Of a stretch of 64,000 nucleotides of DNA, positions 15,911-30,858 are shown piece by piece (the stretch's first letter is position 1; each line of letters starts with the position of its first letter). The stretch lies in NCBI RefSeq assembly GCF_009914755.1, contig NC_060933.1; one strand, 5' to 3'. The position numbers and the translations under genes were made by a program. Under the pieces are notes generated by a model. That model had not been told where the DNA came from, searched no databases, and saw nothing but the letters and a program-made list of their open reading frames with translations. The DNA comes from the human T2T-CHM13v2.0 reference genome, Homo sapiens.

Positions 15911-16589
15911 TAAGGATGTGGTCAGCCCTTAGCACTGTGTTGGTTCTAGAAAATCCTCCTTCCGATATGCAGCTCGTTTCTACCACCCACATTGTCAGCC
16001 AACTCCCAAAGGAAACTCTCAGTAATAAAAATGCCCTGATACTCATTCAGTTCCCCTTTGAAGTCAAATACAATTTTGCTTATTGAAAGTGGAGCTATTA
16101 ATTGCGGAGGTTGAAATACCCAGCTTGACAGGCAGTGCAAGTAATTAGCGTGTCAAGGTGGCTGAATTGCTGAGCCGGCGCTAAAACGTACTCCTTGCCT
16201 TCTGTGAAAGGAAAAAAAAAAAATGCAGGCTAGCTGAGTTCTGCCTCTGTGGTCATTTCCAATCATTTTAATGAGGATAGCCTGCAGCCAGTATACACCA
16301 GGAGAAACTCCACGGTACTCTAATCTTTCCCTACCCTTCCCTAACACACTGTCTGACACACACAATTGCTACAATCGCTGCGGAAGTAGCTCAAGAAACT
16401 CTGCATATGACTGACTTTGCGGATGTTATTACCAAACAGGAAAAAGAAATTATTTGTCTTTCTTGGGCCCCTTTGAAAATAGAAAATAAGAACCATGATG
16501 GTGTTTATGCGAATTTTCATGGTCCTAGGCCATAATAATAATAATAACATACTCATAAGTAAAATAACATACATATGTGTTTATGTTTC

Positions 16590-16760
16590 CCTATGACATC
16601 TCAAGTAATCTTGTGAGATCCATATTATTATTTCCATCTTACAGAGGAGGAGGAAAAGATTCAGAGAAGTGAAGAGCTACATTCAATATTACAAAACCAG
16701 TACACGGCAAAGTTGGCATTTGAACTTGGGCCAAATATAACTGTTATTCTAAGATCCCTT
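16590..16760 (-). mobile_element. MIR fragment
   Basis: attattatttccatcttacagaggagga...ttcagagaagtgaag MIR core in reverse. Confidence 0.6.
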
Positions 16761-16812
16761 CTTTACCAAATGACTCAAGTTGATGAAAACCTTGACTGAA
16801 GTGTCAACTTGA

Positions 16813-17375
16813 TGTACCAGTCATCTAAACCACTGCAAAATTTAACTAAAACAACAAGAATTATTTCTTTCGCTCTCAAAGCTACAATTTGGGCAGGGCT
16901 CAGTGGGAGTGACCTTATCTCTGCTCCATGTGGTATTCACTGAGTCAGTTCAGCTGAGGGCAAAGGAATCCACTTTCAAATTGGCTCATTCACACAGCTG
17001 ATGAGTTGTGCTAGTTGACAGCCTGGAACTGGGCTAGGGGCCTCAGTTCCTCTCCATGTGAGACCCTCCAAAGACTGCTTGGACTTGCTCAAGGCTCCAA
17101 AAGCTAGCACCCCAAGAGAACACTAGGGTGTTCTCTAGGTTCCAAAAGCTAGCACCCCAAGAGAACAAGGCAGAAATGCATAGATTTTTCTAACTTAGCT
17201 TCAGAAAACACATATTGTTATTTCCATTATATACCATCAGTCATGAAGCCCCACCCAGATTCAAAGATAGGAGACATGGATTCTACTACTTAATAGGGGA
17301 GTGGTAAGGTCCTAGAAAACATATGGGATGGAAGATATTTTTTCTGACCCTCTTTGAAAAGTGAAATCTGCCACA
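16813..17375 (-). mobile_element. Solo MaLR LTR (MLT1H-like)
   Basis: TG...CA termini with a perfect 5-bp TSD CTTGA (16808-16812 / 17376-17380); similarity to recalled MLT1H consensus. Confidence 0.8.
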
Positions 17376-18493
17376 CTTGATATGTGACCTTGAGCTAAAC
17401 TCTCTAGATAGCAGTTTCCTCATTTGTAAAATAAAGAGATGGACTAGAAACAATGAATTCCAAATTTAGAATTGCATCAACAACATCAAAGGAGATTATT
17501 GACAGTTCAGAGACATGGGCACCATGAGTCCCATGGAATCCAAATCTCCTGGAGGGGAACCCAGTTCATTGTATCTCTAACTAAGACTCAGATATAACCA
17601 ATCCATGGGCTGACATTTGGGAACAACTGAACCATATAATCTTTAACATCTCTACCTGGTGTAAAAATGTTGACTCTAGTCAAAAAGGTAGGGTACTTAA
17701 TATTTTCAAGCCTCATGTAACTCCTCCATAAAATAGGGCTAATAAACTCACCTGAAATAGTTATTGTAAGGAGCAAAGATAAAAAATGAATGTAAGAGGC
17801 CAAAGAAAGTTCCTTCCATTGTGTAGATACTCAATAAATGGTACCCATCTACTGTTTGTGTCAGAAAAGCATTCCTTCAATTAATATTTGCAAATCCTCC
17901 CCATGTATAAGCCTCTATGCTAGGTGACGTATCAAAGACAAGCAGAGAGAAATCAGCAAACATATGTACAGCAAAGGAAATAAAACAGAGACATAAAGAT
18001 AAAGTGATGGCATAAGACAGGTACCAAAGTTGTAGGCTAATCACCAGTATGATGCTCTCATGCAAATCTGTGGCTGCTGAGTCTGGCTGTTAACTTCAAC
18101 TGCACTATGGGGCAAAAGCCCATTTCTCCAAAACATGGGAAGCTATGCAGCAGTATTTCCTCAGGATGTTAATAATGCTCAAAGGGAAAAACAGTGGTAG
18201 TAAACAAATTCATTCAATAAATATTTGCTTAGCACCTACTATGTGCCAGAAACTTTTCTTGGTCCTGGAGATGCAAGAGTGAATACAGTAATCATGGCTG
18301 CCTATCACTGCAGACAAAATTTCTGCCCTCATTTCCTCAATTGTGAATTCAGGAATCAAAACTAGCTTTAATATTAGTGGAAAAATAGAGAAAAATGTAT
18401 TTTCAAAAAGTAATGTCCAGCTTAGCCACCTGTAAAATATATTTTCTCCTTAATTCCTCATATAAGTATCAAGAAAACTTTATTTCTAATATA

Positions 18494-18920
<427 letters not shown>

Positions 18921-19128
18921 TAGATTGAAATTGGTAAATGAAATGCCTTGATTCTTTGATGTGAACCAGTATCTCATTATTCGATAAGCGATGGACCAGG
19001 TGAGCTTCTAATTCAGGCAAGCCTCTCCTGATCTTGTAACTGTGGCCTCCAATACAAAAGAAAGAGAGAACTGAGGACCCTCCTGAGAACAACCCTATTG
19101 AGACATCGTTCATTCAGAAATAAATGGA

Positions 19129-19740
<612 letters not shown>

Positions 19741-20977
19741 GAAAGAAATAAGAAATAACCGGAGGCTGATGCTAAAAGAGTAAAAGAGCTGGGCTGAATT
19801 ATAGATCATTCTTTGTGAAATCAGCTTTTTTTTTTCAACTTTATTGCATATTGCATAGACCCCTGGTCATCCATGGTGGTGACCTCTTGCGTTTCTTATG
19901 TCAATTTATCATCATGAGTTAAGATACTTAATTAAATGAGGAGCTCCTCTACTTGTTTCTCACCCACAGAAGTTAATTCACAAAGTTCTGGGAGCACAGA
20001 GTTCATGCCAACCTGTCCACAGTGATCCCAGACCATTCCTGTGGGAAGGCACTAACAGAGTCAGTCTTTGTTTGGAAGTGTTATATATCATCACATCCAG
20101 TCATCAGTGCATGGCATGGTAGGAAGAACATTAGCAAAGATGGGCTGATGCCAGGAAAGGTTTTAACGATTGATAGTGCCATTTGTTCCATATCCTGCCC
20201 ATGGACACCAAAGAAGGCCACTGCCCTTTCACCTCTTGTGCTGTTAGTTGATATGGCAGCCAACAACAAGTCCATCGGGGCTGGCAATGTTTCCCTTCTA
20301 CAGTTGATACACATCCATGTCATCTCCAAGGCTAGATTTTCAAGAAAGGAGGAAAAGCCTTGGCAAGCAACCTCAGTATATTTCCAGCTTCATCAAATAA
20401 ACATTCACCAGGGATCAGTGTAGAGATGCAACATTATTTTGCCAAAATACGCAACAGCTAAGCAACTGACCTGTGAGTCATTCATTAGAAGGTAATAATA
20501 AATAAACTCTAGCTCCTCAGTGAAATTTCCAAGGAAATTGCGAAACTGAAGTGCATCTCATCTCTGTTCCATTAGATATTTCTAACGTCTCAGTTTAAAA
20601 GTCCAGAATACCCTACATTGCTAGCTTCAAGTGTTACGAAGACTGACAATCCTCAGCCCCTGTATGTAATGTTTTAGGTTTTCTATGAATACTATCTCTA
20701 TTGTAAAGGATCCCCAAATCACTTATTTTATATTCTTTAATGTGAAATCATTTCAAATTTATAAGGATGTAATCATATTATGGATTGCCAGACAGATGTG
20801 ACACCACTCACACACCAAGTCTACTTGCTTGCCATTGGTAGGTAATGTTAACTTGGATTGCCTGGCCAAGATGTTGCCCAATTTTCTCATTCTTTGATTA
20901 GTATCAAATCACTTTTTATAATTAGAAACTTAAAAAAATATCTTTTCTAGAAGTCTAGTATGCACCTCCTTGGATAG

Positions 20978-21199
<222 letters not shown>

Positions 21200-21688
21200 T
21201 AAAAAACTTGTTTTACTATTTTTAACACTGATGACACCTGCCTAAGCCAAAGTGTTCAGGAGAAACTTTAACAGAGCTATATTTTCTTTACCAAGTTTTT
21301 GATATTTTTGGACAGTGAAAAGGGAAGTAGCCTCAAGTTTATTAAAATGACCAATTTTGGCCCGAAAGCAAGAGTAGAGCATAGGTTAGGGGTTATTCCA
21401 GATTCAGATACGCAGAATCATTCCTTAGCAAATAAAGGAAGACAAATAGTGGCCTGAGTTACAGCCAAGTTCTATTTTGACTTTAAGAATAAAGTACATA
21501 GAAAATAAATGTCCAGTTGGATGAGACACAGTAGAAATGTACCTAAATGAAAGCTCCAGAATGGGGACCTACATAAGTAAAAGGAACACTTTCTACTCTT
21601 TAAACACCTCTTGTGTTGGCATCTTTGCCCAAATTCATGTTGAGGTGCTCACTTCAGACAAATGCTGGTGCCTATTTTCTTAGCAATA

Positions 21689-22131
21689 CATTTGACCTTG
21701 AACAATGCAGGGGTCAGAGCATTAACTCCCTGCATGCAGTCAAAAATCTGCATGTAACTTCTGACTCCGAAAAATTTCACTACCAATAGCTTACTGTTGA
21801 CCGGAAGCCTCGCTGATCACATAAACAGTCGATTGACACATACTTTGCATGTTAAATGTATTGTATACTGTATTCTTACAATAAAGTAAGCTAGAGAAAA
21901 GAAAATGGTACTAAGAAAATTATAAGCAAGAGGAAACAGATTTCCTGTTCATTAAGTGGAAGTGGATCATCATAAAGGTCTTCATCATGGTCGTCTTCAT
22001 GCTGAGTAGGCTGAGGAGAAGGAGGAAGAGGAGGGTTTGGTCTCGCAGTCCCAGGGTGGCAGAAACAGAAGGAAAATCTTCATATAACTTGACCTACACA
22101 GTTCAAACCTATGTTGTAGAAGGGTCACCTG
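21689..22131. mobile_element. Tigger2a-like TcMar non-autonomous DNA transposon
   Basis: 443 bp; TIRs catttgaccttgaacaa / ttgtagaagggtcacctg; TA on both sides; internal text matches recalled Tigger2a. Confidence 0.82.
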
Positions 22132-22465
22132 TATCAGGAGTTTTTAAAAGGAGGTGAGGACAGCAGAGGGGAAAATGACTCATACTGAAGACTGCCCAGT
22201 AGAAGAGGAAAAACTTCAGACATGGAGGTGGACATTCTGGTGCCAGCTCTGTGACCAAGTATCTGTGTGATATTAAACATTTGACCCCTCAGAGCCCTAG
22301 TTTCCTCATCTATAAAATAAGAGGGATGGACTCCATAATAACTAAGACCTCTACTAGCTCTAAAATGCACTGAAATGCCAAGTTCTTAAAGAATTCAAGG
22401 TGTGGCAATATTTATGGATCAACTAGAACTGTAGTGAGTAAAATATTTTTTTAAAGTATATACTA

Positions 22466-22765
22466 GGCCTGGCATGGTGGCTCACGCCTGTAATCCCAAC
22501 ACTTCGGGAGGCCGAGGCCAGCGGATCACCTGAGGTCAGGAGTTTGAGAGCAGCCTGGCTAACATGGTGAAACCCCATCTCTACCAAAAATACAAAAACT
22601 AGCTGGATATGGTGGCAGATGCCTGTAATTCCAGCTCCTTGGGAAGCTGAGGCAGGAGAATCACTTGAACCCAGGAGGCAGAGGTTGCAGTGAGCCGAGA
22701 TTGTGCCATTTCACTCCAGCCTGGGCAACAAGACCGAAACTCTGTCTCAAAAAAAAAAAAAAAAA
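22466..22765 (+). mobile_element. Alu (AluS-like)
   Basis: Full Alu body plus A-tail; TSD aaagtatat. Confidence 0.96.
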
Positions 22766-24338
22766 GTATATGCCAACTTAAAATATAATAATAAATAATA
22801 TAATCATAATAATATAACAACAATAATATAGTAATAAATACATGAGTCTCTAACCAGAATGAGAATTCAGTTACTTCCTCAGCTGTTGTTTGGTTACATT
22901 TTGGGTTAAGGGATAACAGCATCACTGACAGGTCTCTACAGAAAGAAAAGCAAATTCCTGCCTAATTTTTAAGGTCAAGAGTCTCATTTCTTCTGTTACC
23001 CGTTTATCTGTAGAGACCAGATGTCTTTTCTTATATATGCTCTACTATATTTTTCAATGAAACTGGAAGAAATTAATCTTACCTGTGATGTAAGGTAACA
23101 CATTATAATTTTAGCATGTCATCATAACTGTATTTTCCAATAACACCAATGTCTACAGTTTTTATGTTAGGCTTTATTATTCCTAATATGATTCTTGATG
23201 ATCTTATCAGGATATTTTTAATTTGCTACTGTTTTTTATTTAACCACTTTATCAAAAATGGAAATTAGTTATCACATAGAGTGTTTTTACTAACAGTTTC
23301 TTTTATGGCTCTGTCTAAAATCAAGCTGTTCCTCTAGGCCTTTTTTTTTTTAAACCCTAGAAAGTTTCCCAGGCTTGGAAGCACAAAGATAGATGGAAGA
23401 AGTGACAAGAATACTTTTCTCTGTTAGCAGCCACATGCCAAATAATTTTCCTTCTACCATTTTCTCATTGCATTTGATTATTTCCATTGAGAATAGTTCA
23501 ATAGAAAACTAAACCTAAGCTGGTGAATCTATGGATGAGGGAGATGGTTTTCCTCTAGTTCTTGCTTGCTCCAAGGAAGCGTTAGAAAGAGTCACTTTTC
23601 TCTTTGGGTATATTTGTGGCAAGTCAGTAAATTTTAAGCAGCAAATATTTAAGACATGAAATATTAAATGTATTAAATATGAATGATCTATGAAAATGAT
23701 CACCTCAGAAGAAAAGCTAGCCTCTTCCTTCTGAACTAGAAATCAGCTGAGCTGTTTGGCCTTTTTCTAGAAAAAAAACATACTATCATCATTAAATTCT
23801 GAGAAGTTTGGAAGCATGCAATTTGTTTTACTCTACCTAGTGGGGACTCTTCCAGTGCTGCTAGCAGACTCACACTGACAGGCTTCACAAACTCCAAATA
23901 CCTCATTTGCCACCCTGGCTTAGTGCCATATTCAAAAAGATTTCCAGCCTATGTAGGCTCCATCTCCTGCCAGACAGCCCCCTATTCTTTCTCCAGGGTC
24001 CTGACATAAGAGCCACTGTGTATTAGGCTTCAAACAGCTTAGGGAAGGGAGAGGGAGGGGAACTTAATGTATTCTGATTGACAATTGTCACTGAAAGCTT
24101 TTGTACTCACTTACGTAAGGTTTTGCTTAACTGTTGGCTAGACTTGTCTTCATCCTGTCTAGGATTACAGAATTGAGTTTCTCACCTGACCTGAACTGTG
24201 TTCAGGAAGATCATGTTCGAGTTCTTTTCCATGAGTATTTGTTCGGCATTTGAAGATTTGGGGTGTCTCTTCCATAAAGGTCCAACCTAAGGCATTGATG
24301 CTGGGCTGAATTTTGTCACCGTGGTGTATAAATCTTCT

Positions 24339-24512
24339 AGGAAGGAAGGAAGGAGAGAGTGAAGGAGAGGGGATGGAGGGAAGGAAATAAGTGTGGGAGG
24401 GAGGGAGGAAGGGAGAAAAAGAGAGAGGAAGAAAGGAGGGAAGGAAGAAAAGAAGGGAGAGAGGGTCTGAGGGAGGGAGAAACAGATGAAGAGAGGGAAG
24501 AAGGAGAGGAGG
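24339..24512. repeat. Polypurine (GGAA/GA-rich) low-complexity tract
   Basis: Direct read; nearly pure purine on the + strand. Confidence 0.9.
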
Positions 24513-25057
24513 GATTATCCTATTCACCATTTAAGAATTCAATATAGGAAAATAGAACTTAGAAGTGAATTTTTGAAACTGATTTATGTTTATGCTATAT
24601 AAATTCTAACATAGCTTCAGCTTTATATCTGATGAAAGAATAAGCTGAGAAAAGGAAAAGGGATCCTGAACACCAAAAATATTCCTGTGATTTTCTTCAC
24701 TTCTATAATTCTTCTTCACAAATCGCTAACTTCTACTTTGAAAGAAAACCTAAGCATATGTCCAAAGCAAAGAGTGAGAGATGTAAATTGTCACAGACAA
24801 TAAGAAACAAAGCAGTAGATTATCTGAACCATTGTGTCCTTTCCTCCAAAGTGATTTCCTGCATCATAATATTGCGCATTCCTGGCATCATGGTATTGCC
24901 TATGAAATACTTATGTTTTATGTAAATAATGACATGTCTTCAGAAGCAACTTAGAACTAAATAATATGAAATGGGTCTGAAGCTTGGCACTTATGTATGT
25001 GGGTGAAGCAAAACAAAGTTGATGTTCCCTCCACTTACCCACTCTTTCTTTCATCAG

Positions 25058-25170
25058 ACCGAGCCTGGCTTATAGAACCAAGGAAAGTCCAGAAGCTTCA
25101 GGAAAAAATTTATTTTGCACTTCAACATGTGATTCAGAAGAATCACCTGGATGATGAGACCTTGGCAAAG
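25058..25170 (+). CDS. RORB: RORB coding exon (probably exon 9): (D)[37 protein letters not shown]
   Basis: Acceptor ctttcatcag|AC, donor AAG|gtaggt; 113 nt; phase 1 to 0. Confidence 0.97.
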
Positions 25171-28100
25171 GTAGGTCCACAGATCACAGAGCCACCACCA
25201 CCAAAAGAGAGCACAGTGAGCAAAAAGGACTGCTTATAAATCAAGGGAAATTTCTCAGCAGCAACAATTTCTGAAAGTTACCAAAGACTGCATAAATTGT
25301 GAGGTATGCAATTTAAAAGAGAGGCTAGTGAATTGTAATAGATTGCAAGAAGGGCTTTCTTATAGAGGGATGATATTGACAGATCTGAATCCAAGCTTCA
25401 GGAGGACAAATCAATGAAACCAAGGGTGTTTCATCAGAAGAACAAGCACTCAAAGCAAGGAAACAGGTCTTCAAAATTCATATGTGAAGAAAGAGAGGGC
25501 TTTGTGCCAGTTCAGGAGCCAGGTCTGGGACAAAGTTAAAAGTAGGCAGATTTTTATTCAAAAAAAGAAAGAACAATCAAATGATGAGAATTGTTGTATG
25601 GGGGGTGGACTACTGTGTAAAGCAGTGAGCTCTGTGTCATAGGACATGTTCTAGTAGATACTACCTAGTCACTTCTCAGGTATGTTATAAATGACATTCC
25701 TACTCAGAGTGCAAGATTAGACTGATGACTTGTAAATTTCCCTTCAACGCTGATCTCTTCGTGCAAGACTTGCCCTGAGGTTCTTTCAAAATGGGGAAGT
25801 TTCCCTGGAGCAAAATCCATGCAACATGTCATCAATTTCTTGATTCAGCTTAATTAAGAATGATCTTTAATAAGAGTACTGAAAAAAAGTGTTTACCAAA
25901 GTAAAATAATCACAAAAGGAAAAAGTAATTCTCAATGATTGATATTCAGCATTATTTTATATCTTAAAGTATCTTTGATTTCTCAAGAACTGAAATTTTT
26001 GGGCAGCCAGAATTATCGTAGATTTTAAAGTATCTTTGATTTCTTAAGAACCAGAATATTTTAGAGGGTAAGAAATTAAGAAATTGAGCTTATTCTTGGT
26101 TAAAGATCATAGGAATCCTACTCTTTATATTTTTATCATTAAAACCTTCCCACTCTGCCCTTGAAGTTCTTTGTTTTAAAAAGGGGGATGGTAAAGACTC
26201 TATTTGGAGACACCATCAGATTTTACTTTGCACATACAGAGTACTGCTATAAAAAACCTCCATGAGTTAAATATGCTGCTTCATTATGGTAACATTTTGT
26301 TAAAATTAACGCATCACTAGCAAGAACATTTCCACATTATAGAGCAATAGTTCTCTTTCACGTAACTTTTCATTTATTAGGTGGTCAAGGACAAATCACC
26401 TACTCTCTGCACCTGTATTCTCCTAGTCAATAGCGAACTTCAACATGCTTTCAGATTCACTGGGCAGAAAAGACAATAATGTAAATATATGCATGTGTCT
26501 CTATAGTTGCTTGGTAGCGTATATGCATAAATACATCTTGTTAATTAATGTGGAGGGATGTTGTCTGCATTTGGGATCTCCTGAAGACTTTTGTCCCCAT
26601 ATTTACCATCCTAAAATTAGTCTTGAAAAAACACAAAGTTGGATGAAAATTCTCGCTATTCTGCTTGCTTGGGAGGATTGTCCGCTTGTATGAAAACCAT
26701 GGTCTCATCATCTATAAAATGAAGATTACAATTTCTTCTCCTGTGCAGATGTGTTGTGAGGTTCAAATGAGATTCTAACACGTTGTGAAATGGTGATTAT
26801 TACTCCCCTAGGAGGGTAAAATGTTTATGCTTGCACCACTTTCTACCTCCCACTGTCCTGGTTATGATTTGAGGTATGTGAGGTAGGAAGAAGGCAGAAA
26901 TTGAAGAACGAAAGATATTTGAAGGCAAGAAAGAAAATTATGTCAACTGTAGATCAGATTAACTTCCCTTTCTCCATCTTTACTTGGAAAAGTACATAAT
27001 TCAGTTCTTTTCTTATAGACAAGTAATGTTGCAAAACTGAGAAAGCATTAGAAGAGGATTACTTCTTGGATAAAATTGGCTAGAACCAGGTGACAAAGCA
27101 TTGCTTCTATAGGCCACAGGCAGATGTTGGGTTTTTGTGTGGCCCCTTTCTTGTAATAGTTATCATTTTAATAAGATGTTATCTGAACTAATGCAAACTG
27201 ACCATGAAATTGAATGAGAACTGAATTTTCATTTATCGCAGCTCTGATCTCTGTGGCTTCAGATTAAGTCGCTCCATTTGTCTAAGTCTCACATTTGTCC
27301 ATTATCAAATGCTGGAGGGTTAGGAATATGGACTGAGCCCCGTTAGCTCCTGACTGCTTTAACACTCCGGACAAATGTGCCATCACTGTCTAGGATGCCC
27401 TCTCATCAAATTCCCCAAAAGGAATATTTTATTTAAATGTGAGAGAAACTGTTTCATCCCATCACAGATTCTTCTTATCTTTGCAGAAAGGCTCCTTATG
27501 CCATTGTAGTCATGGAGCTCTTCTGCCTTCCACAATACCTCTAAAACAGTGAGGGCCATTCTGAATATTTGTTATTCATAGACCCCTTGGGGACTCCAGT
27601 GAATGTTGTGAAACCTGTCTCTAAAAAAATGCACATGTACCCGAAATGTTGTGTTGAATTCCAGGGGCTCCGGTGAAATCGCCAGTAGGTAGAGGATACC
27701 TCTGCTTTCTGTGTCGTGTGCAAAAGATTATTTCTACCGCTGACCTGTTCAACTCTGAATAGGTGTTAACAGACATCAGGTTAGAGGTACAGGGCTCATA
27801 CACAGTCACTGAACTTCATCTTGCAAGGGCAATCTCCAACACACTTTCTACATGCCTACTTCCTGAAATTAAAGTTCAGGTAGCAGTGCCTTCTACTTTG
27901 GGCCAAACTTTAACCTTAGAAGGTTTGAAAATTTGGGGATTATGTATCCTAACATTAACTAGAAGATTTCAATTCCCATGTGTTAACCTGTGTTGTGGTT
28001 TGGGGAGAGGAGAGAGTTGGTTAGGGGAAAAAAAAACCCTATTAAAACATCTAGTTTCTTCTCCTTATCAGCATAATTATGATACATAGCGTATTTATAA

Positions 28101-30667
28101 TAAACCATCAAAGCCACTTGCTAGATGAGTGTCCCTGGACATGTGACTTTAACTCTCTGTGCCTCCATTTCCTCATTTGTACCATATGACTAAAGATATA
28201 CCAATATATGGCTAACTAAATGAGATAAAATATAAGTAAGCTGCCCAGTCCATAATAGGTAATATGTAAGTGCTGTTGCTGTGTTGTAGCTGTTGTTGTT
28301 GACAGAAAAAAAAATTATTTCGGCAGAGACATTTTTATCTAAGAGATGGCGTATTTGAGCTAGTCACTGATAGATGAAAACCATTTCAAAAGATGGAAGT
28401 TGGGAGGTTGAAGAAGTGCAGGATGGCATTCCAAGTGATGGGGGCAATGGCATGGAGGTAGGAAAGCATAAGGTATATTCAGGCTATAAATAATAGTTAG
28501 ATTTGGCTGGATCCTGGATTTGAGAAGCCAGGAAATGAGATAACACTGGTCACTTTCACTAAAGCTCATGAAAAAAAAAATACATACATATATATATATA
28601 TAAAATAAATATACATATATATTTTTAAGCCCCATATGACTAGAGGAGGCAGCCCATCTGTTCTCTGGGCTTCACTTTTCTTGTCTGGGAAATGAGTAGG
28701 TTGGACTGCATGGTCTTTAAGGTCTCTTTAGTATTATCTTGTTTGACTCCGTAAAGAGAAAAACAAAGGTTCCTCCTGACATCTTGTGTTGCCTTCCAAC
28801 GTCCAGTCCAGTGTGATTGTTTTAAGTACTCTTTGGATATTTTACTGTTATAAAAAGTGAAGAAAAAGACTGATTTTGCCAAGTCTTATGGATCCAAATT
28901 AGTACTCATTGCACTATGGTCATTTAGTTGAGGACGATACTCCAGCTTCAAAGCTGCAAAGCATACAGTGTGTGCAAAGCCCGGGTTCAGAGGTCAGCGT
29001 GCCCGTCAGTCTTCCAGGAGGAGCTCCATGACTTGTGCTTTGGATGCTGCCATGACTCACTTTAGGAGGTTTACTTCCTCAGTGAAGACAGCTGTGGGGA
29101 TTAGGAACCTGTGATGCTCTTTCCCCACTCAGTTGAGAACAGCAGGACCACTGCCGAGGTTAGAGAGAGGGTGAGAGATAGGGCAGCAAATGTTTGAACT
29201 ATAAAGACTGTTGCTCTTCCATTCTAGGGCTTTCTCTATTAAAGTCACTGAGTCTGCCATTCTTGTTGCCCTGACCAGAGGTGCAGAGGGTAGAGGATAA
29301 GGAAGGCCGGTCCAGCTGGGGCCAAGTTGTGGCAGTGTGCTCACGGCCAAGACCAAAGCTTGGATCTGTAGTGTCTTGCTCACATCTTGTCCTCAGATGC
29401 ATGGGTCTAGCCCATTCCCAAATGCAGCCTACAGGTCAGGCCCATAGCTGGAGCCTTGCTTAATGTTGGCCTTCCCCAGTCTAGCCCCTCCTTTTGTGCC
29501 TCCTGGTTAATTAGAGTCATGAAATATTGTTAGATAGCATATTTATTTTTCCCAGCACTCCTGAAAATAGATACAACACTCCTGGAGGTGTGTTCTTGCC
29601 CAAAGCTGTATTGAGAAGTTTGAAAATAGCTAACTCTATAACAACACATATATCCAACAGGAAGCCATAGAGAACTGCTGATATCCCTCAGAGGCAAAGC
29701 CCACTCAGCTCACCATATGCAGGCTTAGAGAGAATGTTGCTTTTTATTTTCTCACAACTAACACTCAGCGAGTACCATGCCTTCAATTCACTTCTGAAAA
29801 CATGTTCAAGTGCTTGTGCCTCACCATGTGCTTTACATGCAAGCTTTCCAGGAATCATGGGCCACACCACACCTCTGGGTGGTTTTAGGCCCATAGCTCT
29901 ATGCTGATAAATCCTTTCTAATTCTCCTAGGATGTAGAGGAGTCTATAGTTACTTTGCTGAAGTTCACAATCTCCCTCTCTCTTTCTTCGTATTTCTGGC
30001 TGGCCAGAAAGTTATATCCCGTCCCCCGCGGGGCTCTCTCTTTTCCCGTTATTCTTCCTAAGCTCCTGCTAACCATGTAGATGTCCTAACCACACACCTG
30101 CATCCACAAGGAATTAGTGTAGTCTAAGGTTATGTCACGTTAATGAAAATGCAATGGGAATCTAAGGGTAGCCATGGAAAGAGAATATCCTGACTTAGAA
30201 GAATGACTGAAGCCTGTGCTGACTTTGAACTTTGAAGTTCATCTCCTCAGATCGTTTGGTTGATTCACTGTCATTGCCACGTGGGCCACAGAGGAGACAG
30301 ATCCTCTCTCACACAGCTGAGTCCTAGAGTAAACACTAGGCATTTCCCCGGATCCCCCACAGACCGCTAAGAAGCCAGACTTCTCAAAAAGACATAATCC
30401 ATACAGGCTACGACATAGAGAGAGTAGATTGATCTAACTCCGGATGATCAAGTGTAAAAAGTCCAGCTTTCCCCATCACACACCCATCCCATTCCAATAA
30501 GGCTCAGGAAGACGAGAAAGGGAGGCGTTCCTTTCATTTCCTGACTTCTGACCTACTATACCGTGGCCAGCACTACTTTGGGCATCTATGGTACAACATT
30601 CTCCTTCTTAAGGCTTTAGACTTATATATACTTATTTCAAATAGTTAGGATTTACAACAGAATGGGA

Positions 30668-30858
30668 AATATCTCATTAATTCTTTTTATGATTATATGT
30701 TGAAATAATAATATTTTAGGTACTTTGAGTTATATAAAATAGATTATAAAATTAATTGCACCTGTTCTTTCTTTTAACTGTGTGTAATGTGGCTGCTACA
30801 AAGTTTTAGGTTACATCTGTAGTCCACATTATATTTTTATTGGACATGGCTGATCTAG
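30668..30858. mobile_element. MER33/MER3-like hAT-Charlie relic
   Basis: Ends ...cacattatatttttattggacatggctg|atctaga, typical of the family end. Confidence 0.65.

Noticed and set aside
20022-20423. 133-aa ORF in intron 7 and its antisense partner
   Set aside because: Non-ATG start, no recognisable domain, and no convincing splice sites or promoter.
25171-25239. 22-codon read-through after exon 9 ([11 protein letters not shown]...)
   Set aside because: The donor AAG|gtaggt is strong, I saw no nearby canonical poly(A) signal, and the length is within chance.
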